A DNA stretch of 45,751 nucleotides from a virus (taxonomy: Duplodnaviria > Caudoviricetes), in IMG/VR virus record IMGVR_UViG_3300048852_000125, positions 1-45,751 of that record; one strand, written 5' to 3'. Of the stretch, positions 1 through 8,795 are shown in pieces. The notes below the pieces were generated by a model. The model was not told where the DNA came from, did no database searches, and worked only from the letters and a program-made list of their open reading frames with translations. Each line of letters begins with the position of its first letter. Position 1 is the first letter of the stretch. The position numbers and the translations under genes are program-made.

Positions 1-1173
1 CTAGGCCCTTATCGTTTTAATCCCCGTATAGATCCCTGTATCCGCCCGACCACGCCGCGACGTCGCCGCCTCGGCCATGAACTCGGGTGCGTGGTGACCG
101 TAGACCTGCTGGACCGTCTGCGGGGACATACCGACGAAACCGCCGACCTGCCACACATCCAGCCCGTCGCGCAGAAGCCACGTCACGCAGGTGTGCCGCA
201 GCGTGTGCGGATGCACCTCCGGCAGTCCGACCGCTGTAGCTGCTGCCGCGAATCCTTTCTTCACATCGCCGACCGGCTTGCCATCGCACTCGATGACGAA
301 CTGGCGCGTGATCCGCCGGGCAACACGGAGCCACGGCAGCAGCCTCGCCGCGATCGGCACGCGGGCCCGCCGCTTTTTCGTCTGCGCCCGGCCAACCGGG
401 TTGAAGTCGATGAAGCCGCGGTCAAGGTCGACAAAGCCGCCCTCGGTGTTCGGCTGCCACTGGAGCTTCAGGATCGCCTCCTTCCGTGCTCCGTGATAAA
501 GCCCCACCAGGATGAAGAGGGGCAGGTGCAGGTTGGTGTGCAGCTGGCCGTCAGCATCCTTCCACCGCCACCGGCGGCGCCACGCCTCGAGCAGTAGCTT
601 CGCCGCCTGGGAGCGGGTCAGAAAGGGCTGCTCGTCCTTCGGCACTGGGGGCAGGACGACGATGCCGCCCTGGGTCAGGTAGCCTTCGGTGACGCACCAG
701 TTCATCGCCGCGGCGAGCGTGCCCAGTTCCCGACGGATCGTTGCAGGGGCGCGGACGGCCTCGGCAGCGTAGCGGCGGCAGGCACCGGCAGTGATGCCGG
801 AGACCGTGACGCCGTCCCACCACGGAACGAGGTTGCGGATCGCGTAACGGATCCGGCTGTCGTCGGCGGTGTGGGGGCCGTGGTGCTCGAGGTAGAGCCC
901 CAGCATGTCGGTCACCGTCATCGCCTCTGGAGCGGCAGGACCTCGGCGCTGCTGCTCGGGTTCTGCGGCGCGCTGCACTTCCGCGATGAACTCCGCGAGG
1001 GCTTGCTGGGCGGCGTGCACATCGCCAGTACCCGTTGAGCGCTCGCGCTTAGCCCCGCCTTCGTACCAGCGGATGAAGTAGACGTAGCTGCGGAAGGTCC
1101 GCTTGGGGACCGCTCCATATCGGTTGTCCGGGCCGTAGAGGACAAGCTTCGGCCCGGTGCTGGCTTTTGCCAT
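1..1173 (-). CDS. int: Tyrosine recombinase / phage integrase
   Basis: HGAR..I..L (catalytic R), HTLRHT (H-x-x-R) and C-terminal VYGH (catalytic Y); 390 aa. Confidence 0.93.
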   Translation of the reverse strand: MAKASTGPKLVLYGPDNRYGAVPKRTFRSYVYFIRWYEGGAKRERSTGTGDVHAAQQALAEFIAEVQRAAEPEQQRRGPAAPEAMTVTDMLGLYLEHHGPHTADDSRIRYAIRNLVPWWDGVTVSGITAGACRRYAAEAVRAPATIRRELGTLAAAMNWCVTEGYLTQGGIVVLPPVPKDEQPFLTRSQAAKLLLEAWRRRWRWKDADGQLHTNLHLPLFILVGLYHGARKEAILKLQWQPNTEGGFVDLDRGFIDFNPVGRAQTKKRRARVPIAARLLPWLRVARRITRQFVIECDGKPVGDVKKGFAAAATAVGLPEVHPHTLRHTCVTWLLRDGLDVWQVGGFVGMSPQTVQQVYGHHAPEFMAEAATSRRGRADTGIYTGIKTIRA

Positions 1174-1349
1174 GGGTCACCTTGTGTCATGTACTGCTCC
1201 AGGTCGGTTCGGGCGACCATGAGCGTGCGGCCGAAACGGCGGGCGGGCAAGTCTCCGCGGTTGATCGCTGCACGAACTGTGGCGGGCTTTACGGCCGTTG
1301 GGTGGATGACCTTGGCGGCCTCTGCAATGGTCAGCAGGTCATCGGCCAT
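918..1349 (-). CDS. xis: Excisionase-like HTH protein; C-terminal extension overlaps int
   Basis: LLTIAEAAKV...TVRAAINRGDLPARRFGRTLMVARTDLEQY is a typical Xis/HTH_17 pattern; GAGGTGA RBS; directly upstream of int. Confidence 0.75.
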   Translation of the reverse strand: MADDLLTIAEAAKVIHPTAVKPATVRAAINRGDLPARRFGRTLMVARTDLEQYMTQGDPWQKPAPGRSLSSTARTTDMERSPSGPSAATSTSSAGTKAGLSASAQRVLAMCTPPSKPSRSSSRKCSAPQNPSSSAEVLPLQRR

Positions 1350-1352
1350 GGA

Positions 1353-1409
1353 TCACCTCACCAGCAGGGGCTGCACCAGCCCGTCGCGATAGACCAAATC
1401 GAGACTCAT
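1353..1409 (-). CDS. 18-aa mini-ORF (MSLDLVYRDGLVQPLLVR), coupled to the upstream gene
   Basis: ATGA overlap with the stop of 1406..1813; ends 3 nt before the xis ATG. Confidence 0.3.
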   Translation of the reverse strand: MSLDLVYRDGLVQPLLVR

Positions 1410-1813
1410 GAGCGCGGCTCCCACCGGATCAGCTGGCCGCTGAATTCCGTCAACGCTTCATGCTCGGCCGCCCAGAAGGCGCACAGGTCCGGCCAATCGC
1501 CGAAGCCGTCGAGGCGGGCGAACAGGTCGAGGCCCTTGGCGCCGGTGATGGCTGGCTCGCCGCCTATCTCGACCGCCGGCACGGGCCCGAGCAGCAGGCG
1601 GATCGGCAGCACGCTGGTGCAGTCCGCCCGGCCCAGCAGCTGGCATGAGCGAGTGCGCATGCCGGTGTAGAGCTGCAGTTCCTCCCCCAGCCGCGCGTGC
1701 CGCTTCCGGTCGGCACGGATGGTCTGGCGCTTCATGCCGACAACCAGCGGGCCCGGCTGGAGGCCCGCAATGATCGGAGGGGCGAAGCGCTTCTTGAAGC
1801 TGTAGGCGACCAT
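1406..1813 (-). CDS. ASCH/PUA-like domain phage protein
   Basis: YSFKKRF.PPI..G...KRQTIR...G..LQLYTGMRT pattern; GAGG RBS. Confidence 0.65.
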   Translation of the reverse strand: MVAYSFKKRFAPPIIAGLQPGPLVVGMKRQTIRADRKRHARLGEELQLYTGMRTRSCQLLGRADCTSVLPIRLLLGPVPAVEIGGEPAITGAKGLDLFARLDGFGDWPDLCAFWAAEHEALTEFSGQLIRWEPRS

Positions 1814-1873
1814 GCTCTACCTCACATTCAACGCAATCGCTTCGGCCGGCATATTGCGGCGAAATGAAAGCGG

Positions 1874-1902
1874 ATGACGCGCTAATGCCGAATTTCTATG
1901 AT
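1874..1902 (+). promoter_or_regulatory. Sigma70-like promoter for the SRA-HNH gene
   Basis: ATGACG-N17-TATGAT upstream of the ATG at 1931. Confidence 0.5.
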
Positions 1903-1930
1903 CCGCGAGTTCAACTCCGGGGAGCGCCTG

Positions 1931-2812
1931 ATGACCTTTGGGAACTTCGTCCGCGGCCGCACTTACAACCGTCGCCGTGACCTTCACGAGCCCTACGGTG
2001 GTCAGCGCCAAAGCGGAATCATCATGCCATCGAAGTATCCGGTCATCTTTGCCATCACCGGCGAAAGTGGCCTTCAGCATGGCTATCACGATGGCTGGAC
2101 CGAGGACGGCCAGGTGTTCCGCTACTTCGGTAAAGGTCAAATAGGCGACATGACCTTCACCGATGGCAATAAAGCGATCCGAGACCACGTCGCAGATGGC
2201 GAAGACCTGCTCCTCTTCCAAAAGCAAGATCGAACGGGGCTGTTGCGCTTCCTTGGTGAGTTCGTCTGCGAGAATACGACCAGAGAACCGGCGCCTGACC
2301 GCCTCGGGAACATGAGGAGCGCGATCGTCTTCCACCTGGTGCCTGTCGAGGCGATCGCCGAGGCCGAGGCGGCGGAACCCAATACGGATCAAACTGAGGG
2401 AGAGCTCGATCTGGCTGCTCTCCGACGCGCTGCCGTGGCCGCTGCGAATACCGGCGACGAGGAGCCGGCCGAGGGCGCCCGCCGGCGCATCTACCAGCGC
2501 AGCCAGGCGGTCCGTCGCTATGTCCTTGCCCGGGCTGCTGGGGTCTGCGAGTGCTGCGGAGAGGCAGCTCCGTTCCTTCGCCTGAATGGCCAGCCATACC
2601 TGGAGCCGCACCACATCCGCCGGGTGAGCGACGGTGGGCCCGACGATCCCCGGTATGTCGCGGGCATCTGTCCTACCTGCCATCGACGGATCCATCATGG
2701 TGTTGATGGTCAGGCGGTGAACAAGCGCCTCGGTGAGATCATCCGCCAGAAGGAGCCCGTGCAGAAGATCGGCAACCGAGGCGCCCGTCGCTTGGAGCGA
2801 GAGCTCGTATAG
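1931..2812 (+). CDS. McrA-like modification-dependent endonuclease (SRA-like N-domain + HNH)
   Basis: N-term YGGQRQSGI...GYHDGW...F.YFGKGQIGDM...GNKAI; C-term CECC...LEPHH...GG.D...ICPTCHRRIH; GGAG RBS before 1931 (track start 1898). Confidence 0.8.
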   Translation: MTFGNFVRGRTYNRRRDLHEPYGGQRQSGIIMPSKYPVIFAITGESGLQHGYHDGWTEDGQVFRYFGKGQIGDMTFTDGNKAIRDHVADGEDLLLFQKQDRTGLLRFLGEFVCENTTREPAPDRLGNMRSAIVFHLVPVEAIAEAEAAEPNTDQTEGELDLAALRRAAVAAANTGDEEPAEGARRRIYQRSQAVRRYVLARAAGVCECCGEAAPFLRLNGQPYLEPHHIRRVSDGGPDDPRYVAGICPTCHRRIHHGVDGQAVNKRLGEIIRQKEPVQKIGNRGARRLERELV

Positions 2813-2851
2813 GGCAACTGGGCGCTCGATGCTGGGCATCATGATCATCGG

Positions 2852-3055
2852 TCAACGCTCCGTCGCCAGCTGGTCAAAGAACTCGTCGTGATCCAGCCCA
2901 GCCATCTCGGCGGCGAGCGCGTAGGCGGCGCCGTCCGGCAGGTCGAGGTCGTCCGCGATCTCCAGTGCCTCGCGGGCGCTGAGCCCCGCCTCCTTCCGGC
3001 CGATGGTTGCGCGCCGCTCCTGGCGGCGCTGGTAGCTGCGGCTGCGGCGGGCCAT
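2852..3055 (-). CDS. Small phage hypothetical protein
   Basis: 67 aa, start overlaps the stop of the upstream ATPase. Confidence 0.65.
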   Translation of the reverse strand: MARRSRSYQRRQERRATIGRKEAGLSAREALEIADDLDLPDGAAYALAAEMAGLDHDEFFDQLATER

Positions 3056-4776
3056 TACGCGGCCTCCTTCCGGCTCTTCTCGGCCATCACCTCGCCCAGC
3101 GGTCTGGCGATGCCGCCGTCGATCCAGTAAGCCCGGCCCATGCCGCGCGCCTCCAGGTCCGGCACGACGTCGGGCGCGGAGAAGGTCATGCCGATCAGCG
3201 CGTCCATGCCGGCGCCGCGCAGCATCTTCAGCAGCCCGCCGCGGCCTTTCTGGTCGAGCACGTCGGCGCCATCCAGGATCACCAACTCACAACCCTGCAC
3301 CTGGGCGAGGGCGACCTGCAGGGTGGCGTAGACCCGGAACTGGTCGGAGGAGAGCTGCGGCCCCAGCCCGGCCAGCTGCTCGTAGGGACGGCCGCCATAT
3401 GTGACCCCCATGTCCGGCTCGATGCGAACATCTCCCCAACCGGCTGCCTCGCACAGGCTGCGCAACGGCCCGCCGTTGAAGGTGTCCAGCACCTTCACCA
3501 GCTTCGCCTGCCGCAGACCGCCCGGCGCCATGATCGCCTGCATGGCGAGGTTCACCGCCAGCAGGTTGGCGACCCGGTCGGCATCCTCCTTGGCCTTCAG
3601 CGCGCGGTGGCGGGCCTCGGCGGTGGAGACGCGGGCGCGCAGGGTCTCGACGTCGTCTCCCGGCTGGCCGCCGGACGCCTTCTTCCGCAGTTCGGTCAGC
3701 TGCCGCTCCGCCTGCTGCGCCGCCTGATAGGCGCGCTGCGCCTCGGTCGCGGTCCGCTCGGCACCGTCCCGCTCGCCCTTCAGCCGGGACAGCTTGCCGT
3801 CGGCCGCGGCGATGGCGTCCCGCCGCTTCTTCAGTTCGTCGTCGCCGATCTGTTCGGCCTGCACCAGCTTCTGGTCGGCACCCATGTTGTGGGACAGCTG
3901 GAGGGCGGCGTTGCAGCAGGGGCAGGTGAGGCCTTTCGCCTGGGCGGCCGGCGGCAGGGCGTCCCGTTCCCGCTGGGCGGTGCCGTAGGCGGTGGTCGCC
4001 CTGGTCGCGACCATCTGCGCCTCGATGGAGCGCTCCTTCAACTCGTCGATCTCGGCACAGGCGGCGGTCAGCCGGTCCAGTTCCGCCTGCCCGACGGCCG
4101 CCGCGGCAATGGCGCGCTCCAGCTCCTGCTGCACCTCGCCCATCTCGGCCTGCAGGTCGTCCAGAGACGCGCCATCGAGATCGTCGGTCCAGCCCTCCGG
4201 CCGCCACGTCCGCGCCTTCTCGGTGCCGAACCGTTGACCGGTGACCAGTTCCCACTGCCCCTTCAGCTTGGCGCCCTTGTCGGCGACCTCCGCCGCCTTG
4301 GCGTCCCAGCCCTTGCCTTCGATGTCGCTCCAGACCTGGGCGGCGATGGCCTCGCTGATCGAGGCGTCGGTGCAGGCGGCGACGAAGTCGGCGCGGTCGG
4401 GCGCCGTCTTCAGCAGTTCGGCCAGCAGCTTCGCCCGGTCCTTGGCGGACAGGTCGAGCAGGCTGGTCAGGCCGGCAGCGATGGGCGTCACCGTCGGCGG
4501 CTGGCCGGCGGTGGAGGCCTCGCACTTCGGCCAGGCGGCGCCAGCGGTCCAGTCGGTGCCCTGAACCGCGGCGGTTGCGGTGCCGGCGCCGGCCCGCACC
4601 AGCGCCTTGGCATCCTTCTTGGCCAAGCCGAACTGCAGCTGGCCAGTCAGCGCGGCGGCGGTCGCCTTCAGTACGCTCGACTTGCCCTGGGCATTCTTGC
4701 CGGTGACCAGCACCAGCCCGCCGGCGAGGAGGTCGGCGCGCTCGACCACCTGGAAATCACGGATCCTGACCTGCAT
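3055..4776 (-). CDS. SbcC/Rad50-like ABC-family ATPase
   Basis: Walker A GKNAQGKSS, coiled coils with central CPCC zinc hook, signature-like LSSDQ, Walker B LVILDGAD. Confidence 0.8.
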   Translation of the reverse strand: MQVRIRDFQVVERADLLAGGLVLVTGKNAQGKSSVLKATAAALTGQLQFGLAKKDAKALVRAGAGTATAAVQGTDWTAGAAWPKCEASTAGQPPTVTPIAAGLTSLLDLSAKDRAKLLAELLKTAPDRADFVAACTDASISEAIAAQVWSDIEGKGWDAKAAEVADKGAKLKGQWELVTGQRFGTEKARTWRPEGWTDDLDGASLDDLQAEMGEVQQELERAIAAAAVGQAELDRLTAACAEIDELKERSIEAQMVATRATTAYGTAQRERDALPPAAQAKGLTCPCCNAALQLSHNMGADQKLVQAEQIGDDELKKRRDAIAAADGKLSRLKGERDGAERTATEAQRAYQAAQQAERQLTELRKKASGGQPGDDVETLRARVSTAEARHRALKAKEDADRVANLLAVNLAMQAIMAPGGLRQAKLVKVLDTFNGGPLRSLCEAAGWGDVRIEPDMGVTYGGRPYEQLAGLGPQLSSDQFRVYATLQVALAQVQGCELVILDGADVLDQKGRGGLLKMLRGAGMDALIGMTFSAPDVVPDLEARGMGRAYWIDGGIARPLGEVMAEKSRKEAA

Positions 4777-4802
4777 GGGGAAATCCTCCGGTGGATGGGC
4801 GA

Positions 4803-5885
4803 TCAGGTGGCGGCGAACAGGTCGTCGTCGTCTTCAGCGGCCGCGCTGGACGCGGCACGGGAATCGGGTTCCTCGTCATGCACCTCGCCGGTCTCCGGAT
4901 CGTGCGGGGTGGGGGCGGGAGCCGGTTTCGGCTCGGGCTTGGGCTCCGCCTTCGGCTTGGCAGCAGCAGGCTTCGGCTCGGCCTTGCCCTTGGGCGCGGC
5001 GGGCGGCGGCGGGGGAGGAGCCTCGTCGCCCTCGGCGGCCAGCAGCCCAAGCCCCTTGCAGGCGTTGACGAACCCAGGCACACCGCTCTCGCGGGCGATC
5101 TCGGACAGGCCACTGATCTGGTTCCAGTCGAGGGCGGCGATGGCGTCGCGAGTGACCGGCAAGCCGTTTCGGGCAGCGAAGGTCATGATGCCGTTGCGCT
5201 TCGCATCGATAGCGCCCTCGGTCATGTCCTTGTTGCCGCCGAGCCGCAGGCACTCCTCCTTGAACTTCGCCTGCACGTCCTGCGGCACCAGCGCCAGCAC
5301 GGCATTCCGGTAGGCTTTGGACTGGGCGATGATGTCGTAGTGGGGGCGCTGGTAGGTCGTGCCGTTCTGGCGCTTTTCCGTTCGGGATTCGGTCTTCTCC
5401 GCCTGGAAGCTGTTGCCGGTCTTGATGCAGGAGATCTCGACGATGGCGGTGAAGTAGTCGTCCTCTTCGCGCAACTCCGGCAGAACGGACGTCGTCACCT
5501 GCATCGGCCGGTCGCCGTCCGGGTAGGACCGGAAGATGTGGAGCGCCCCGCGTTTCTCGACGCTGGCGATCAGCTTGTGCTTCAGGCCGCCATACTGGCG
5601 GGCGAGGTGCTTGGCGCCGACGACCGAGATGCCGGCGGTGGTCTTGCCGCTGATCTGGAAGCTGTAGACGAAGGCACCGGACATCGTGCCGTGCAGGATC
5701 TCGTCCGACACCAGCTTGTCGTCGGCGCTGTCCATCACATGGATCAGGTCGATGTCGATCCCGCCCCGCTGAACGGTGGCGGCGACGACGTCATCCAGGA
5801 TGCTCTTGCCAGGCGCACGGGCGGCGGCGAGCTGCGGGCGGCTCATGCTGGCGCCCAGGGCTGCGGTGGACATGGTGGTGGTCAC
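4803..5885 (-). CDS. Putative single-strand annealing/recombination protein
   Basis: Lies between exonuclease and ATPase; AQSKAYRNAVL helix; Pro/Ala-rich linker with HDPETGEV and acidic DDDDLF tail. Confidence 0.5.
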   Translation of the reverse strand: MTTTMSTAALGASMSRPQLAAARAPGKSILDDVVAATVQRGGIDIDLIHVMDSADDKLVSDEILHGTMSGAFVYSFQISGKTTAGISVVGAKHLARQYGGLKHKLIASVEKRGALHIFRSYPDGDRPMQVTTSVLPELREEDDYFTAIVEISCIKTGNSFQAEKTESRTEKRQNGTTYQRPHYDIIAQSKAYRNAVLALVPQDVQAKFKEECLRLGGNKDMTEGAIDAKRNGIMTFAARNGLPVTRDAIAALDWNQISGLSEIARESGVPGFVNACKGLGLLAAEGDEAPPPPPPAAPKGKAEPKPAAAKPKAEPKPEPKPAPAPTPHDPETGEVHDEEPDSRAASSAAAEDDDDLFAAT

Positions 5886-6739
5886 TCCTCGATAGCAGCG
5901 TGTTCACGGCAGAAGGCGGTCCCATGGGCAGGGCACCATTTCGCCGAGCAGAGTTTGGAAGAGGGGTTGGCGACGAACGCCCACGGGTCGCCCGGCAGCA
6001 GGTGCCGCTCCGGATCGCCGTGGCGGAAGGTGGTCAGGTCGCCCTCGATGTGGCGCAGCACGTTGACCGCGGCGGTCTCGGCGGTGGCGACGTCGTAGCG
6101 GTGGACCGCGGCGTCGGGCTGGGGCTTCTTCAGCGGCACGCGCTGAATCCAGTCGACGCACGCCTCCGTCACCTCGATCCCATTGGAGCGGGCGAGCAGG
6201 CTGTAGGAGCCGATCTGCGGCGCGTGGCAGCCCATCGTCTTGCCGCCCTTCAGGTCGCGGATGCGGCCGGGCTCACGCGCGATGACGTCGGACTGGCCGG
6301 ACAGGATGATGTCGGGCGTGACCTGCGCCTCCAGCCGCTCCTCCACGATCAGGGGCTGAACGTCGGGAGCGATCTGGTGCCGGTAGACCAGCACCATGCG
6401 CTTGGCCTGCTGCTCGGCCTCGTTCAGCGCCGGGGTCTCGCGGTCGTAGGTGATGCCCGGCTCGGCGGCGCGGCGCAGTTCCTCGATGGCGGCGTCGGTG
6501 GCCACGTCTACCGGCGGCAGGCTGCCGGTGGCGGCCTTCTCCTTCAGGATCAGCGCCGCGGCGGCATGCACCCCGGTGCCGACGGCGGCGCCGATGTTGG
6601 AGGGCAGATCGCGCAGGTCGAAGCCGGCGGCCTCGATCTCGCCGACGAACAGCTTGGCCGCGGCGCGGCGCGGGCAATCGGGATAGCCGGAGAGGGAGGA
6701 GGAACGGACGACGGTGGGCGCGCGGGAGGGGGCGTTCAT
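5882..6739 (-). CDS. Cas4/RecB-like PD-(D/E)XK exonuclease
   Basis: N-term SSL...DCPRR, GTGVH, E...SGQSD...IRDLK, Q...Y, and C-terminal CSAKWC...C cysteine cluster. Confidence 0.8.
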   Translation of the reverse strand: MNAPSRAPTVVRSSSLSGYPDCPRRAAAKLFVGEIEAAGFDLRDLPSNIGAAVGTGVHAAAALILKEKAATGSLPPVDVATDAAIEELRRAAEPGITYDRETPALNEAEQQAKRMVLVYRHQIAPDVQPLIVEERLEAQVTPDIILSGQSDVIAREPGRIRDLKGGKTMGCHAPQIGSYSLLARSNGIEVTEACVDWIQRVPLKKPQPDAAVHRYDVATAETAAVNVLRHIEGDLTTFRHGDPERHLLPGDPWAFVANPSSKLCSAKWCPAHGTAFCREHAAIEE

Positions 6740-6972
6740 GAAGGCGTCTCCTGGGTCCAGCGCGTCTCATGCGCGCCGACGATGACGTCGAGTTCGGCTT
6801 GTTCGGCCGGGGTGAGGCGGGCCAGCACGCCGACCATCAGCTCGGCGAGGCGGTTGTGCTGGGCGGCGGAATCGGAGGAGATGCCGGTGATCAGCAGCAC
6901 GCGGCCGTGCAGGTGGATCAGCGTGCCGTAAGCGGTCTCGTCTGACGGGGTGATGGTGTAGGGGCCGGCCAT
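6736..6972 (-). CDS. Hypothetical protein (MAGPYTITPS...)
   Basis: GGAGG RBS; ATGA overlap with the downstream nuclease; true start lies inside track ORF 6736..7212. Confidence 0.6.
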   Translation of the reverse strand: MAGPYTITPSDETAYGTLIHLHGRVLLITGISSDSAAQHNRLAELMVGVLARLTPAEQAELDVIVGAHETRWTQETPS

Positions 6973-6973
6973 G

Positions 6974-7327
6974 TCAGGCGGCCTCCTCGACCGGCGCCGG
7001 CTCCGGAAGAGCGATGCGGTGACGCAGCAGCACGGCGCGAATGGCGGGCGTGAGTTCGTGGCCGCCGGCGGAGACATCGCTATCCAGCAGCGGATCCAGA
7101 TCAGTGATTGCGCGCAGGGCCGACTCCACGTCGGGCGCCACGCCGACCAAAGCTCCGGTCGGCAGGTGGTCGATGACGATGCGGCGCTGCGCCCGGTCCT
7201 GGCGGATGCCACAGCTCTGCCAGACCCAACCGCGGACCCGGCGGGAGGCTTCAGTGGTGGTGATCTCGTAGGGCAGGACGGTCAGTTCGTCGCGACCGGT
7301 GACCTTGGTGTTGAGGGCGGTTGCCAT
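6974..7327 (-). CDS. Hypothetical protein
   Basis: 117 aa, tightly packed in the leftward operon, GGAG RBS. Confidence 0.65.
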   Translation of the reverse strand: MATALNTKVTGRDELTVLPYEITTTEASRRVRGWVWQSCGIRQDRAQRRIVIDHLPTGALVGVAPDVESALRAITDLDPLLDSDVSAGGHELTPAIRAVLLRHRIALPEPAPVEEAA

Positions 7328-7332
7328 TGGCT

Positions 7333-7650
7333 TTACTCCGCAGCGGCCGGCACGCGCCGGCGAGTTTCGAAATCGAGAAGCTCGGAAGCGGCGGCCTGCC
7401 AGGAGGCAAAGGCCTGCGTCAGCGTCTGCAGCTGGTAGGGCAGGAGGCTCCCGTCGCGGAGCCGCAGCAGGGCGGCGTCGAGCGCCTGCTCGTAGAGCTT
7501 GGCCGCCACGTCACGCCGCACTTGGAGATCCAGCAGCCGCAGCGCCTCTGCGCCGTGCTCCAGGGCATAGACCGCGCGGCGGAATTGCCGGTCGGGCAGG
7601 CCGCGGGCGTGCAGGTCGTCCAGCTGGGCGGTGGTGACGTAGCGGGGCAC
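7333..7650 (-). CDS. Hypothetical protein
   Basis: GTG start with GGAGG RBS; operon packing. Confidence 0.6.
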   Translation of the reverse strand: MPRYVTTAQLDDLHARGLPDRQFRRAVYALEHGAEALRLLDLQVRRDVAAKLYEQALDAALLRLRDGSLLPYQLQTLTQAFASWQAAASELLDFETRRRVPAAAE

Positions 7651-7653
7651 CGG

Positions 7654-7776
7654 TTAGCCTCCGAGCATCATGGTGCCCAGCACCATCAATGTGAGCAGGA
7701 GGGCGAAGCACTCGACGACGAAGCGGCCAGCCTTGCGCATGGCGATGACGGCCGAGGGGGTGATGTTGGGGCGCAT
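7654..7776 (-). CDS. 40-aa single-TM membrane peptide
   Basis: GGAG RBS, MRPNITPS... with hydrophobic C-terminal FALLLTLMVLGTMMLGG. Confidence 0.55.
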   Translation of the reverse strand: MRPNITPSAVIAMRKAGRFVVECFALLLTLMVLGTMMLGG

Positions 7777-7975
7777 TCGGAATGCTCCGCTCATGCGGTG
7801 GAATGAGGTGAGGGAGCCGGCCATCAATCTCAGGCGCCGACGCCGGCTAGCTGGTTCGCCCTGGCGCCACCTATGGCGGCTTGGGGCGGCTGTATGCCGC
7901 GGCATCCCTCTACTGCCTCGACCCCGCACCAGCCTTCACAGCCGGGAACGGGGTTGGTTGGGGAGGGGGAGGAAT

Positions 7976-8164
7976 TCACCCCGCCGTCAGGTCCAGGCGC
8001 TTCCCGTGCCAGCGGTTGGCAGACTTCCGCCAGAAGCTCGCCTCGCGCTCGTTGCCGGTCTCGGCCGCCTCGTCGGCGGACCGCTCGGCGAAGCCCAGCG
8101 CGTTGTTCACGCCGCGCAGGCCGTCGGCGGTCAGGGTGTCGGTGACGATCAGGCGGGGAGGCAT
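7976..8164 (-). CDS. First gene of the leftward early operon, hypothetical
   Basis: 62 aa, GGAG RBS, just downstream of the PL-like promoter. Confidence 0.55.
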   Translation of the reverse strand: MPPRLIVTDTLTADGLRGVNNALGFAERSADEAAETGNEREASFWRKSANRWHGKRLDLTAG

Positions 8165-8195
8165 TTGCGGGCTCCAGCAGACGAGTGTGGCGCAG

Positions 8196-8252
8196 AAGCT
8201 ACGCGAAAAACGTAAAAACCGTCAAGCGCAAATTTACGTGATAAACGTAAAT
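8196..8252 (-). promoter_or_regulatory. PL-like promoter with two repressor operators (TTACG-N7-CGTAA)
   Basis: CTACGCGAAAAACGTAA 8199-8215 and TTACGTGATAAACGTAA 8234-8250 flank a minus-strand TTGACG -35 (8220-8225); TAGCTT -10 candidate. Confidence 0.75.
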
Positions 8253-8325
8253 GCCTTACTGCAAGTGCCCTGCCATAATCGGGTTGCGCTGAACGACGAG
8301 CGTTCGCGCCGCGGTGAGGATTGAG

Positions 8326-8640
8326 ATGTCGGTGCTTTTAAGGGTTGTCGCGGTTCTCGAACTGCTGGGCGGACTCATTTGGGCTGGCGGGTTCCTGCTC
8401 GCCGGCCGGGACTGTGGTCAGTTCATTTCTCACGCACCCACCTACCGTGCATGCATAGAGTCCGCCGGGCCGCAGGCCGGCGCATGGCTTTCTGCAATCG
8501 CCATCGTGCTGTGCGCGACCTTCGTCGCATTGGTGTTCTTTGCCTTAGCCACCGTGCTCGATCGAACGGAGCAGAACCGTCAGATGCTTCAAGCGATCCA
8601 AGCACGCTTGGGAGAACCAGGGGCGGCAATCGCAGAATAA
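8326..8640 (+). CDS. Two-TM membrane protein (cargo)
   Basis: GAGGA RBS; two hydrophobic helices with a Cys pair in the loop. Confidence 0.65.
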   Translation: MSVLLRVVAVLELLGGLIWAGGFLLAGRDCGQFISHAPTYRACIESAGPQAGAWLSAIAIVLCATFVALVFFALATVLDRTEQNRQMLQAIQARLGEPGAAIAE

Positions 8641-8795
8641 ACGCAGACAACCTCCCCGCCCGCGTGGCATCCGCTGCGGTGGGGGAGTTAAGGGAGAACA
8701 CCAATACACATGAAGTTGTCGATGACGCAGCAATGCTTCAGCACAAGCCGTGCCTAGAAAAAAACAGCATACTTAGGAAAATCTGGAGGAAATCT

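Noticed and set aside
1-60. attL/attR core repeat or target tRNA
   Set aside because: The window starts at the integrase stop codon; I saw no matching direct repeat or tRNA at either end
918-1173. 256-nt xis/int overlap as a novel feature
   Set aside because: Low-complexity xis run-on into int is common in GC-rich phages; no evidence of function
5882-6739. CRISPR-Cas locus suggested by the Cas4-like nuclease
   Set aside because: No repeat-spacer array or other cas genes; the context is phage recombination
3007-6931. Long + strand ORFs (3007..5313, 4791..6098, 5900..6931)
   Set aside because: Antisense shadows of real GC-rich minus-strand genes, with no motifs
8379-8795. N-terminal extensions given by the ORF track for the RTX gene (likewise 10110, 16711 and 24697 starts)
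   Set aside because: They overlap other real genes; better-placed internal ATG starts exist, most with an RBS
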